Below the pieces are notes generated by a model. The model was given only the letters and a program-made list of their open reading frames with translations, was not told where the DNA came from and searched no databases. A stretch of 64,000 bases of DNA. Source: Takakia lepidozioides. Its lineage: Eukaryota; Plantae; Bryophyta. Every line of letters begins with the position of its first letter. Positions within the stretch are counted from its first letter, which is position 1. Position numbers and translations under genes: made by a program. Positions 22,939 through 35,180 of the stretch are shown here, in pieces. The stretch lies in NCBI GenBank assembly GCA_030704615.1, contig CM060731.1, positions 93,682,001-93,746,000 on the forward strand, read 5' to 3'.

Positions 22939-25328
22939 ATGAAGAGAGTGAGAGGAATGGAGGAAATCAGGGTGAAGAGCACCACAATTCTGCAGAAACA
23001 AACGATGGCTACCCCACAGGCGATAAAGATACTGAAGGAGCTGAGATTGGAAGGATTGCAAAGCATGGATTGGACACTACACCATAGACAGTACATGTTA
23101 TAATTTTTGCAGAACTTTGAGCCAAAGACAGGAACAACAACGGTGAAGGGAGTTGAATTAATGATTACTCCCCTATACCTCCAGCAATTGTTTCGATTGC
23201 CAGCAGGTCATGTGTATGTGGAGGAACACAGGGAAAGACTGCAAATAGGGGATTTATTCCAAGAAGGGAGTTTCTTTAAAACTCAGGGTTATGCTTGTAC
23301 CAAAGCTGTGTACCCAGGGTTAAAAGACATAGGCCAAGTATTGAACGTTCTGATTGCCCTGAAACAGAACCAACAATATTTGAGCAGATCCTTCACAGAG
23401 GAAATCCTCAAAGGCTTGAAGGGACAAGAGGTACCATGGGCGGACATAATGTACAACGCACTGGTAGAGGAGATGAAAAGATTACAAGGTACTACCGCAA
23501 AATCTCCTATCATAGTGTCTGGCCCAATCATTGCTCAAATAATCCTTGATTCTCGCATACTTAATGCACAAGAAAGGAAGGAAATGGGAGTGTTTGAGCC
23601 AGAAACAACTGCAATGGAAGACCAAGGCTCTTCACACAGTGAGGGTGGACTAGCAGCACAACCCAAGACTAAGAGGCAGAGAAGGGAAAAGACTGTAGTG
23701 GCGGATCCACTGGCTTCACGGATTCCGCATGATGATGTTTCCCAAGCTCATGACCAGGAAGGGGCACAGCAGCACAAAAGAATGTTATTACTGGAAGCAG
23801 GACCTTCAGAGAGGGAGGAAGAAGTTACTTCTGCATCACAACCAACACAGCCACTTGAACGACTTGTCACAAGGTCACAAGTTATCCATGCAGCTCAACC
23901 CGAAATAATTGATTTGGAAAGTGAAGGGATAGATATTCCAACTACAGAACAGATAGTGGCAGAAATAGAGAAAGGGGACCTTCTCTATGAATATTCTGGT
24001 CTGGTCAAGCAGACAGAAATCCCAGAGGTGCAACAGTTGCCCAAGAGAAATCCTGAGGTACATATAATGCACACACCTGTGTCGGAGGTACCACAGGCGG
24101 AAGGCCATGACACTGTAGCACCGGTCATAAATGAAGTAGTTCAGGAAGAAAAATCCGGTGGGACAATGGTCTGAATGGTTAGTGAGACATCATACTGTTG
24201 AAGATCAGGAGGAACAGCAGCAACCTCACCATGATGACCCTCAACAGGCAATGCTGATGAGTTCCATAGGCAGGACACTTAATTTGTTGGGGACTTATGT
24301 CAAAACCCATGTTCCAATTACCCAATTGACAGCCTTGAAAGAAGAACTCAGGAAGGAGTTTGAGGCTCGACTTGCCACTGAGTGTGCAAACAAGGTCGAT
24401 GAAGAGGTCACTCTCAAGATGAAGCAGGACTTGGCCAATACAGAAATGGCTTTACAATTGGCCAAGCAACAATTGATTGAGGCAGGCCTCGCGCAAGACC
24501 AGTTGCACGAAGCACATAAGCAACAGCTATACCAAATGCAGGTGCAGCATGAAAGCAAGTTGCAAGAACTGAATGCACTACATACGGAGTTACAGACAGT
24601 GCATAACAGGATGGCGATACAATGCGCTACATTTACAACTATGCTTGACCAATCAACAAAAGATGCAAGCACGCTTTCAAAGTTACTCCAGTGGAGATCA
24701 TTGGGTATTACCTTCGGTGCCACCTCATATGTACCTATATGACCCAAAAGTTATGATACAGAAGGATTCTCAAATTCGTTCATGGTTTCAAGCAGCCTGC
24801 AACAATTTGTCAACACAGAAATTCGGACTTGATGACATTTTCTATAAGGGACATATCGCATGGAAATACTTGCACGCTGCACCAGTAATTGGTACCCCAC
24901 TCATCTGGACAGACAAGGAGCTCAGTGTCTACACCAATTTTGCTGTTCAACGGTTACACCAGGTTGTAAAATGCAAACTTCCAGACATGGTAGGACAGCA
25001 TTGTATGCCCCAGATGATTCCACAAAAAGTTCGAAAATTAAAACACCTGAGAGGCGATGAGGATTCTGATACAACTGTTTCTTCACAGAATTCTTTTGAC
25101 ATGGGAGAAGACTATGCAATTCAGATGGAAGAGAAGAAACAAAGGGGATCTCCTATGCCGGAAAGATTACCTCGATATCAGCCTCCAGAAGGCCTCACTT
25201 ATCTAGGTAATGATCAACCATCTCCGTCAACCAGAGACAGACCTCGGGCTCGTACACACAGCCCGCCACGAAACTCTCAACGTCAACAAGGTGCTCACTC
25301 ACAAAGGGTTGCTACTCAGAAACAGTAA
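22939..25328 (+). pseudogene. 3' extra ORF(s) of the gypsy element (Athila ORF2 / plant-transposon-protein-like N-terminus, coiled-coil), interrupted
   Basis: Sense ORFs 22384-23103, 23107-24174, 24158-24742 and 24573-25328. FLQNF..TVKGVELMITPLYLQQLFRLP resembles the accessory-ORF motif of Athila-type elements; coiled-coil ~24330-24660. One stop and frameshifts. Confidence 0.6.
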
Positions 25329-25349
25329 ACCGTGAGGACACGGCTTTTT

Positions 25350-25363
25350 GAGGGAGGAAGGGG
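25350..25363 (+). promoter_or_regulatory. Polypurine tract
   Basis: GAGGGAGGAAGGGG just before the 3' LTR. Confidence 0.85.
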
Positions 25364-25367
25364 TAAA

Positions 25368-26464
25368 TGTTTAGAGGACTGTAGGGGACTTAGACACTTA
25401 TACGGGATCTGTAGGGTACCCTTAATTTTTGCACAGACTGAGACAAACAGGAACCTAGGGGTGACAGCAGCGCACTGTAGAGGGGGTTACATAGCCCACA
25501 CAGCCGACACAGCAGTCACAGCCCACACAGCCAACACAGCCCGTCACAGTCGTCACAGCCCACACAGCCGTCACAGCCCACACAGCCAACACAGCCCGTC
25601 ACAGTCGTCACAGCCCACACAGCCCACACAGCCCGTCACAGTCGTCACAGCCCACACAGCCCACACAGCCGTCACAGCGCCCACACAGCCCGTCACAGTC
25701 GTCACAGCCCACACAGCCCACATAGCCGTCACAGTCGTCACAGCAGACACAGCCCACACAGCCAGTCACAGCCCGGCACAGCCACACAGCCAGTCACAGC
25801 CCGACACAGCCAAAACACAGCCAGTCACCGCTTGACACAGCTGTCACGATAATAGGGAATAAAGAGTAGGACAGGAACGACTGTGGGGAACAACACCTGT
25901 GAAGGGAACATGTTAATTCACATACGACGGTTAGAGAGGGAAACGGTTAGAACCGCGGATAGGAGGATAAAGGGAAAAACGGGGAATGAAGAAAGAATGA
26001 TTATGATTCGGGGGATGAGGATTTCGGAGTGAGACGGGAGCGGAAGTCGGTGAGCACGATGAAGGAGGAAAGAGGATTAGTAGATGCTTGTTATATGCAA
26101 AGCTGTAGGGATATTGTAGAGGAGAATAGAGACACAATGGCTTCGGCCTGATACCTGATAAATCATAATCTGATACTTATACGATACAATCACACTGTGT
26201 AGAGAGATCTGAGTGAAGCTGTGGATTGAATGGAGGAGTTAAGGAAACCGATAAATTGATGAAGCAAACTGATACTTAATTATCAATGGTAAGGTAGCTA
26301 AGATGAATGCGGAAAAGGAAACAAATAGGAAACACCCCCATGATACACTAGCTGGTCATGACTGATTGTTTCTGCGGGCTGAGTACTTAGAGATTTCCAA
26401 CTCTTCTATCTTGGAGTTTCCGCCTCGGATAGCGAAGGGATGGGTGAGTAAAAGCCGCGCGACA
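25368..26464 (+). repeat. 3' LTR
   Basis: TGTTTAGAGG..CGCGACA, followed by TSD AATGC. Confidence 0.95.
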
Positions 26465-27262
26465 AATGCACACACCCCGTCATCCATGGCCTTCGTGTCA
26501 CTCGACACAACCACACTGTTTGGCACATCCATAAGCTACACCTCCGCCGCCCTAAAACATGCTGGTTCTCACTTATCAATGTCGGCATTTACCAGGGAAG
26601 GCCCCCTGACCACACGGTACCTCACTGGCTTCTGCCATGTACATGCCGACCGCCTTCACCATGTACTTGCCCTGCCAGACTCTGCCTAGACATTCTTCTA
26701 GTCCACGGGCTGCCCATTAGCGCACCCCCGCCTAGTTCCCCATCCCCCAACCTCACCATACACTTTATTGAATTTCCATATTGCAATGACCGCTATCCCG
26801 ACACCTCCACTTTGGAAAAACGCCAAAAATACGCCCCACTCATTCTAGCCATCCGCCGGCGTGGCTAGTCCACAGGACCCCTCACGGTCCTTACTGCCGG
26901 CACCAGAGGAGGCATCCACAATGCTAGTCTCTCTACTCTTCACACTAATCTCAAAATACCTATGTCTCCTATACACAAATGCTTCAAAGCTATCCATCTG
27001 GCTGCGTTGCGCTCCCTCACTGCTATCATCACCAACAAAAGGCAGCTTGAACACCATATCGCATAGACCTCTTGATTTCTCAAAACACCCAGGGGCCCCT
27101 CTGGGGTACCTCCCAGCTGCCTTCTTCCCTTATGGTTACGGGGTGCCCTCCGGGCACCCGCTAATTTTACCGGGCCCACCCCCAAAAGGGGGCAGTAGCT
27201 GCAAGGCAAAGTGGCTCTTAGTTACGCCGGCCTCGGCCGGAGTCATCTCTCTCTCTCTCTCT
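26465..27262 (+). mobile_element. Non-LTR retrotransposon remnant part 2: restriction-like endonuclease, 3' UTR and (CT)n tail
   Basis: Continues the frame broken at 14105: THPVIHGLRVTRHNHTV..LDILLVHG..IHFIEFPYCNDRYP..EKRQKYAPL (RHN / PD..E..K..KY pattern). Ends in a stem-loop plus CATCTCTCTCTC. Confidence 0.75.
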
Positions 27263-27779
27263 TCGATTGTGGCACTTGCCCTGCGTATATTTTGTCCATA
27301 TTGCTAATGGATGACATCCCGTGGATGATCTATTTCATGGTCTTAATGTCTGCAGCTCAACTTCTTGTGCATGCCATAAATGAGGATATTACCCTACATG
27401 CCACCCGGGTGATTCAGGGCTCAAATCCTGTTACCGCAATATTTGTTAATTAACACTGTGTCATCTTCCAGATTTAAACTATCTATTCATAATTACTAGA
27501 GGGCAGGGCTTGCATGAATTGCATACATTTGTTCATAACGGTACCTATACCCGCGGCCTTATACCCCCGCCCCTATTCCCATGGCTATGAGCCCCCATAC
27601 CTCTGTGATGACCTGTAATCGGCAACGACTATGTAGGTTCAGCAACTGTCGAACCTACTTTTTGTATAACCGAACCCAGGGTATGGGGCACATAGTGATG
27701 GAGCACCTGCCCGTTTTGGACTTCTAAAGCATTGGAAATTACGTTGGGAAAGCCTAAATTTGAGGAATATTCCCTGATA

Positions 27780-30700
27780 TTTGCTCTACTCATGCTAATC
27801 TGTGCTCATGCTCATGCTCACCGCTCATTCAAAGTACACACCTAGCTACGAGGATGGGTCCTATGGACATAGAGTCTCCACAGCAAAGATCTCCATTTAC
27901 GATGGTGCATATATCGGAGGACATGACACCGTTGTCCACTACACCAAAGGGGAGTGGGTTGCATCCATTGTCTTCACCTACCGACAACCTGTCAGTCATG
28001 AGCTTGTTGAGAGGCCAATCGAGGTTCGAGCTTCTTGGTGACAACAGTGCAACACGGCAGCAAATTCCCAACTTAGCTGAGCATGGATTGCATGCATACT
28101 TTTGGCTTACCTCGGCTTGTGAGGGCATGCATACTTGTCACAGTTCATTATACGAATAATTGTTTTCCTTTGAACCAAAGTTCCACTTTTTGTGCAATGC
28201 CAAATTTTGTTGAATGTTGACTTTTCCCTGAGAGGGTCCAACACTCAAGCTTGTAATCTGACCCTCTGGAACGCCACATCTCTTTCAATTCCCTCTGTCC
28301 ATCGGGAAGGTGCTTGCACGCTCCCCCCCCCCCCCCCACGCTTCTCGTCAGACGCCGCAAATATTGGTTTGCATAGGGCACCTGCACAAGTCTTCAACCT
28401 TCTGACTGCATACCGTTGGCAGTTATTGCGCAAAGGCCAGGGGCCGCATCTCGGAGACAAGGTTCATGAAAACTCTGACAGTGGATTTTTAGGAGTGTGG
28501 GCTCGCCGGATTCGTGAATAGGCTTCCTTGCTCCTCCAGATCGGCCATGCATTGCTTTGCCTCGCTGCATCCCCCCTTCTCCCAGGGCGCTTGCCCGACC
28601 GCCTTGCGCGCAGTCTTCTGTGCACATCTCCCATGGCTGAAAACTCGAGCGCTATAGTGTACTGCCCTCCTCACGAGCACAGAGCTACATTCTGATGCTC
28701 AGGGGGAATTTGTCGGGTTATGGAGAAATATCCCTGCGTCTGATACCACCTGAAACCGGGGTCGGTATTCCTGGAGGAGGAAAGGAAGGATTCAAATGGA
28801 GTTGTACTCGAAAGTATGGTTGTGCTCCACGATGATTTCGGCAATGGCAGGGAATGGCGAGTTCCACCATTGGACAACGTCATATACATGGCTGTTGGGG
28901 ACTTCATTTGCCTGCCAAATGCGTCTTCTTTCCTGCCGCCTTCCACGAAAGAATCCGCAAATCTGAGAGTTGGTACCTCAAATCAACGAAGTTAATCCAA
29001 AGACTCCCCAATCAATGAAGATGAGCGAGAACCAGGTTGTTCACAACCTGTCGGACTCAGATGAGGTCATGGAAGTTCCAATATCATCCTGGAGATCAAG
29101 CAAGTCCTCAATGGACATCAGCGGATGAGGGAGTCATATTCCCACTACGAGCTCAACAACTCGATCCATTCTTGATATTCTGCGAGGGCAGCACACGGAG
29201 GGACACCGCTCCGAGCTGACTGCGCTGGACTATAGCAAGTTCACAATCAAATCTGTGATACACCTTCCCGCATACGTCGACGGCAATATCTTTTTTGAGT
29301 TCCCTCCTCGAACGGACAATTCTAGGGCGTCCGGAATGTTGACAGATATGGATAGGAAACATGACGGTCATCCTTGGTGTGTCACCGGAACCACCAGCAT
29401 GGAGATGCTCGATGGTGTGCGGGTGCGCTACGTTCTGTGTGCGGGCGTGCTGCGGTGTTTCTCCCCAACTTGCTTCCACTTTAAATCCAAAGGTCACAGG
29501 AACGAGACGGATTGGACAGGCACATCTCATCAACCATTTTGAGCTCAAGAAAAGGTTCCAAACTCCACATTTAAGTGCGCACATTGCAAAGAACCACTGC
29601 ATTGCATGTCTGTTTGTAATGCCAAGCAGTACTATGTGTGCCATTTTTTGCCTGACCTCACACGAGCTTGCATACACGTTGGTGTGCATTGTCACAAATT
29701 GGCGAGGGGGAACTCGCAGGAGGCTGCCCAGGAGGCAGAGTAGCTCATTCAGGAGGAGGTTAAGTTGAGATCTGGTGCCAAACCGAAACAGATACAGCTG
29801 CAAGCCGCCCATAAGATGGCATTGGGCAGAATAATGTCGGAAGATGGCTCCGACAAAGTTCCTCTCGATGAGAAGGAAATGGAGGCATTGCTGGAGTCTG
29901 TGTCCCACATCTGTTCACCGAATGTCCGAAACCACATTGTCTCCTGCAAACAGAAAATTGGGCGAGGCTCGGATATGCAATCCATTCTGGAGGTGAAGTG
30001 ACGATGTGGATATGACTACATTCATGGAAGTCGGTTTCCAGGACAAGAGACTGAGGCAGATTGTTGTTTCGTACTCAAAATGTTGACGTGTGGGCCTGGC
30101 AGCGGCGTGGATCTGGTCCACCGGATGACGAGTGGAGACTTGTCAAATAGTTGGGTCATGTTCGACCATATCAAGCGCATTACAAACCACAAGTGGGTGA
30201 CAATGGGTGCACATGTCTACGACCCCCACTGCAAGAATCAAGATGCTAATGACAATTGCTATTTGTGAGATGAAAGGGGAGGACACACAATCAGAGATGC
30301 TTCTTTGGCAGGGAATAAACAAACAGATGGCCAGGGTAGGATTGCTCCCGCCGAATTTCCGTGGTTTCATGGCGGACAATGCACAAGCAAATTGGGCTGC
30401 AGTCCGAAGGGTGTACGGGGAAGACCCGAATCTTCTAATGGAAGGCAAAGAGAGATCTTGTGGGTTCCATTTTCTGCAGAGCTTGTCGCAATACCCAACT
30501 AGGCTCGTGGCGCCAAAATTCAGAGAGGACCACCGTTCCATGTGTCTTGCGTGGAAGCGTGCTCCCACCTTGGATTTTGCTGAGACAGAATTTGCATGTA
30601 TACGGGCTTGGTGGACAACGTCAGGTGCTATAAAGAAATCAGACGAGGGAGCAATGGTCAGTTGGCTTGCATGGTGGCATTATCGTTTCCTTCAGTTCGG

Positions 30701-32996
30701 CGACTATATGCAGAGGTGAGTAGGACGATTTCATGTCCCATTCAATATTATGGTAGGCATGATTTGTAACTTGCTTCTAACCTGAGAATGTGCATATGCA
30801 GGAAATGTGTCTGGACTCTGACACCGACATGCCGACAACAAACATGGCCGAATCAGTACATTCTTCATGGCCGCGTGCCTTCTCTGCGGCGCATCTGGTG
30901 GACATCCTCACTGCCACAATGGAGGACATTGTGAGGTCAATTATGCAGCAATCCAGGTACAACGAGTTCTTGAAAGGGAAACAATGGGGCTTGGGGCCGG
31001 ACAGGCAGGAAATGTTGATGCGGACTGCCTCCAGATCCAAGAATCCTCGGAAGTGGGTAGCAGCCTTGCGAGAGGGCCTTCGAGACACGTCATTTCTTCG
31101 AAGAGGCCAACACTTGGAAAGAGATGTTCACACCCTTCCAGTGAGACGACGACTTGACGAGCCACCTGGCGGAGAAGAGGATTCCTGGCGAGCTGACAAG
31201 AATATTTGCACGCTACCTCGTGGTCTCGTAATGTTGCCTGAGGACGTCTCGTCCAGGACCGCAAGCCCTGCACGTTCAAGATCGCCATCTCTTTTGAGCA
31301 CAGGGCACGTGCCCGAGGAGCATAACGAGCCATCTGTCGTCACGCAGTACAACATATCCATTGTTGAGACAATAGTGTCGGAGTCACACTGGAGAATTGC
31401 AAGGACAATGCCGGCATTTTGAGAGAAGTGTTGCGCCATCCGGGTGGATATGAGAGCACGCTACGGTGAGAAGATTCGGAGGAACCCACACGGTGTTGTA
31501 CCTGCACCTTGTTTCACCGGCAGATTTATGACTCCCAGATTTTCTCACGCCACAACGCGGACGTTTTGGTTCTGTAGGCACGACATAATGACTTGTGTAT
31601 CTGGCAAGCCCAAGTACGGCATCCAGGGAATGCCGAAGCCTCCCGGCATCTAGCCTGTTGCACCGGGTGGCAACCTCTCTCAGAATGAGGTGGATGCTCT
31701 TTCTGCAGCAGGATTTCAAATGGTGCAACGCACAGACGTCCCGGCCCACCCATTTCCAGTTCCTCAGACCCAGCCATTGCAAACTGCGAGGTCCAATAGA
31801 GACGGATTGGACAATTATGCATATCCCACAATGCGATTCGGAAGAGTGAAAAGACGACACCCTCCCAACAAGTTGAAATGAGACTCGGATTGCCAATGCT
31901 CTTGGGATGGCTTGTACTATTCAGAGCTCCGGGGACGTACCCGCACCTGGCCTTGGGCATGTTTATCAGATGGCAACGGCTGGCTCAGCTGTACGCGACG
32001 ATGCATACACAATTACAATCAGTGTGGAGCCGACCTGCAATTGTCCGGACTTTTCGTTGATGGCAGCAAAGAAGGGGATGAAGTATTATCCGTGCAAGCA
32101 TCTATATTACATTTACCTGAAGAGGCTGAGGATGAACTTGAGTATTGATGACTTTGTTCATGCACCAACGTTGAGCTCGAACGAGTTGCACAAACTTCTC
32201 GGCAAGGATTCCAGAAATCATTGATGGGGCAAAGGAAATCCACCATTTGGATATTTTCAATTGCATTTTTATGCATTAGACTTTGTTTTGCATGTAATGA
32301 AATCCACCCCAAAACTCCAAGAACGAGACCTGCAATATTCAAGCAATGTCTCATTCAAACACATTATGGACTTCTGGATATCCATTGAGGTCCACTGGCA
32401 GTTCAATGTCGAAACAGAATCCATAATAAGATGGCGGCAAGATGAATTTGCAGATCTTCCCAAAAAACCGAGTTCCAATACTAGCAGTTGTGGGGGCCAT
32501 TTCTCGAAATATGGCGCCGAATTTCCCGATTTTGGGCCAAAAACTGGCTAAGTCCTAGCATGTCTGGGAACCATGTCTGGAAAAATGGCGCCGAATTTCT
32601 AGTTGTGGCCAAAAACTGCCCAATATCTGTGCAGTCGTAGGCACCATCTTCCGAAATTTGGCGCCGCATTTCCAATTTTTGGGCCAACGTACTTGAATGC
32701 CGGGGACCTATAGCCACGAAATTCGGCACCATTTTTCGCCGGAGGCACCTATTACCGCGAAATTCGGAGCCATTTTTACAGATGGCGCTCGCATTTTCCA
32801 TGAGCGCAAGAGAAAATTTCATGAGCACGGCTCCCAAAACTTCAATCTCAGTTTCACAAAATGAATATATATATATATATATTTTCTGACACATTCCATT
32901 AAAAAAAAAAAAATCTAAATTTTGAGCTTCTGCTCATGAAAACCGATTGTCTTACTACTCCGCTCATGCCGCTCATGCTCATGAAATAGCTACCCT
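27780..32996 (+). mobile_element. MULE DNA transposon, copy 2 (diverged relative of copy 1)
   Basis: GCTCATG/CCGCTCA repeats at 27780-27830 and 32930-32985; degenerate palindromes at 32506-32800; terminal CATGAAATAGCTACCCT; transposase colinear with copy 1. Confidence 0.75.
28750..32224 (+). pseudogene. MULE transposase pseudogene (GCM-like domain, DDE, SWIM)
   Basis: MDRKHDGHPW..CAGVLRCFSPTC..CAHCKEPL..C..HVGVHCH; WVMFDH; FMADNAQANW; RSCGFHFLQSL; TTNMAESVH; CNCPDF..PCKHLYY. Intron ~30716-30801 at the same position as in copy 1. Confidence 0.82.
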
Positions 32997-33480
32997 CGTC
33001 GCCACCACTAGCCCACAACCCTTTTTGCATTCTTCTTCTTGCATTCTCCTTCCCCTTCTACTCCTGCTTTCCGGGCTCCATTCCGTCGTTGTTGAGGCAC
33101 AAGTCTGTGCTGAATTGGAATCCCTCCCGCTTCTGCCCGCTCAGCCCCTACGTTCTCGTTCGCGCTCTGCTCCTCCTTTCTGAGCATAGTCCACGCAGAA
33201 GTCTGTGTCGAATTGTGATGAGAAGGCAAAACATCCATGGAGCATCGGGAAGAGGACGACCCTGATTTTCAGGAGTTCCGGCCGTTGCAGAGGGTCCTGT
33301 GCAACCGCGTTGTCACCTCTAGGTCGCAGCAAAGTGCAGAGGGCAATGTTGGGAAGGGCAGGCGGAAAGGCAAAGGCCAGCGCACCAACTCAGACTCTCC
33401 AGGGGGCTTCAGAGCAAGATCGGAGCTCCGAATGATGTCCCAGTCGCTGATTAACGCATAACTTGCTTGCCCAACCAGAC

Positions 33481-34681
33481 CCCAACGGGTTCCTATCCCC
33501 GACCACTATCACTGCTCTCTGCTTGCTACGAGTACTCCGTCACTCCACCCCCTGATCATCTCGCCATAATCGCGCTAGGGCCCTCTGAATGAGCTTGTCT
33601 AGCTCAGCTATACAAGGGCGGTTATCCTTGACTTCTTGCTACTTTCTATGAGGGCTACGACATAGCCTAGTGTTCCGATATAATAGAGCCAACAATCGTG
33701 CTCATTTCGGGTGTAATGTACGAGGGCTATGATGGACTGATCGAGTTGTTTCTCACTCATCTCCCTCCTTGTTGGACTGATTGGTTGTCATTCCGGGTAC
33801 TTGCCCTCTGGTGGCTACAACACCAAGCCGCAATGCAGCGTGCTAGGGGTAGCTGCGAACTCTTGAAAGACAACAACCAAGTACCTACCTAACGAACAAC
33901 AAGAAACACACAAAATGACACAGAATGACTGCACACTTATCTCCTGAAGATCTCCCTTCGTGTCCCTCTTTACTCCTGAAGCAACTCCAATCCAGAGCGC
34001 CCAACCAACTGATCTTTCATATTACAGGGGGGCTTAGCCCAAGTGTTTCCTAGTCTGGTGTCTCTCTATTGTATACTGTCACAGCCTGACTACCTCCTAT
34101 TCCCCATTGCTGATACCCCTATCCCCCTCTTATCCTGTGAACTACCTTCATCCCTTCCTCAGGCCGTTGCGCCCTCCTTTCTCACTTGCCCACTCATGCT
34201 CTCTGTCCCAAAATCGCAACTCCTCCGCCTGCACACTTGGCTCTCTCTCTTTTCCTCTGTGTGCTATTCTCTTCTCCCTTCGTAGTGACTTGGGCCCTTG
34301 TTGCTCCAGGCATGGTCGTAGCTGGAGTTGGACTCGTAAGAGTTCCGCTGCTCATAGCGTCTGTTGAGCTCGTAGCCTCCTCGCAGCTCATTGCTCGGTT
34401 GTAGCTCGTAGCTGCTCATCCCTACTTGGGCATTGGGCTTCCCTTGGGTGTGCGCTTCGGCGAGTTCTCTTGCTTTGGCTCCGCCAAGCTCCTCGATGCA
34501 TCCCTCCCTCCCTCTCGCACAAGTGCAGAGGGTCAGTTTTCTAGTCTAACATTATCCCCCTCTTACTTTCGTCCACGTCCTCATGGACGTCTTTCTTCCC
34601 TTTTCTCTGTGACCTACTGCGACTAGACCCGCCCCCCAGGGTTTCATTGGGTGGTTTTGTGGGGCAAAGATTCGCACTCAT
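33481..34681 (-). repeat. Diverged duplicate of 39727-41167 (unclassified element), truncated by a CACTA end
   Basis: Colinear similarity from CCCAA(C/T)GGG.TCCTATCCC to ..CGCACT(A)TCAT; stops exactly at CACTACAAC. Confidence 0.75.
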
Positions 34682-35180
34682 CACTACAACACTCTATGGT
34701 TTTCAGCACCATCGGTATTTCACTATGAGTTTCACACTATGCCCCACTTTTCACTATTTCTAGCACCACGTAGTGAAATGTGCTGATATTAGTAAAAGAA
34801 TTCACTACAACTATCAAACGTTTCACTACAGAGTCTTTTATTCTACCACCATAAGTCAAACATTGACAGCTGTAATTAGGAAAAAATATTTTGTAATATA
34901 CATTTCAATTTCAACAACTCACACTGAAAGTTTCTACTATAACTTCACTAACAAGTGTTCAAACCAGACGAATGGTAATATTTACTACCACTATCAAATG
35001 TTTGTCTACTTGGTGTTTTGGTTTTGTAGACATTGATACCTGCAATTATATATATGTATTAAATGCATAGAATTGTTGTTAAATAACAGTGAAAGGATTT
35101 ACTATGACTCAGCAAGAATGGCTCAATACCAAAAAATATGGTATCTTGAACAATACTAATTTCTCACTACGACTGAAATA
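34682..35180 (+). mobile_element. CACTA 5' terminus with subterminal repeats (non-autonomous or truncated)
   Basis: CACTACAAC at 34682 followed by many TTCACTA(C/T)-type motifs; partner TIR not found. Confidence 0.55.

Larger units (their letters stand above)
14106..26464 (+). mobile_element. Full-length Ty3/gypsy LTR retrotransposon (non-chromovirus type), 12.4 kb
   Basis: TG..CA LTRs at 14106-15197 and 25368-26464; 5-bp TSD AATGC (14101-14105 and 26465-26469); PBS, PPT and gag-PR-RT-RH-IN order. Confidence 0.97.
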
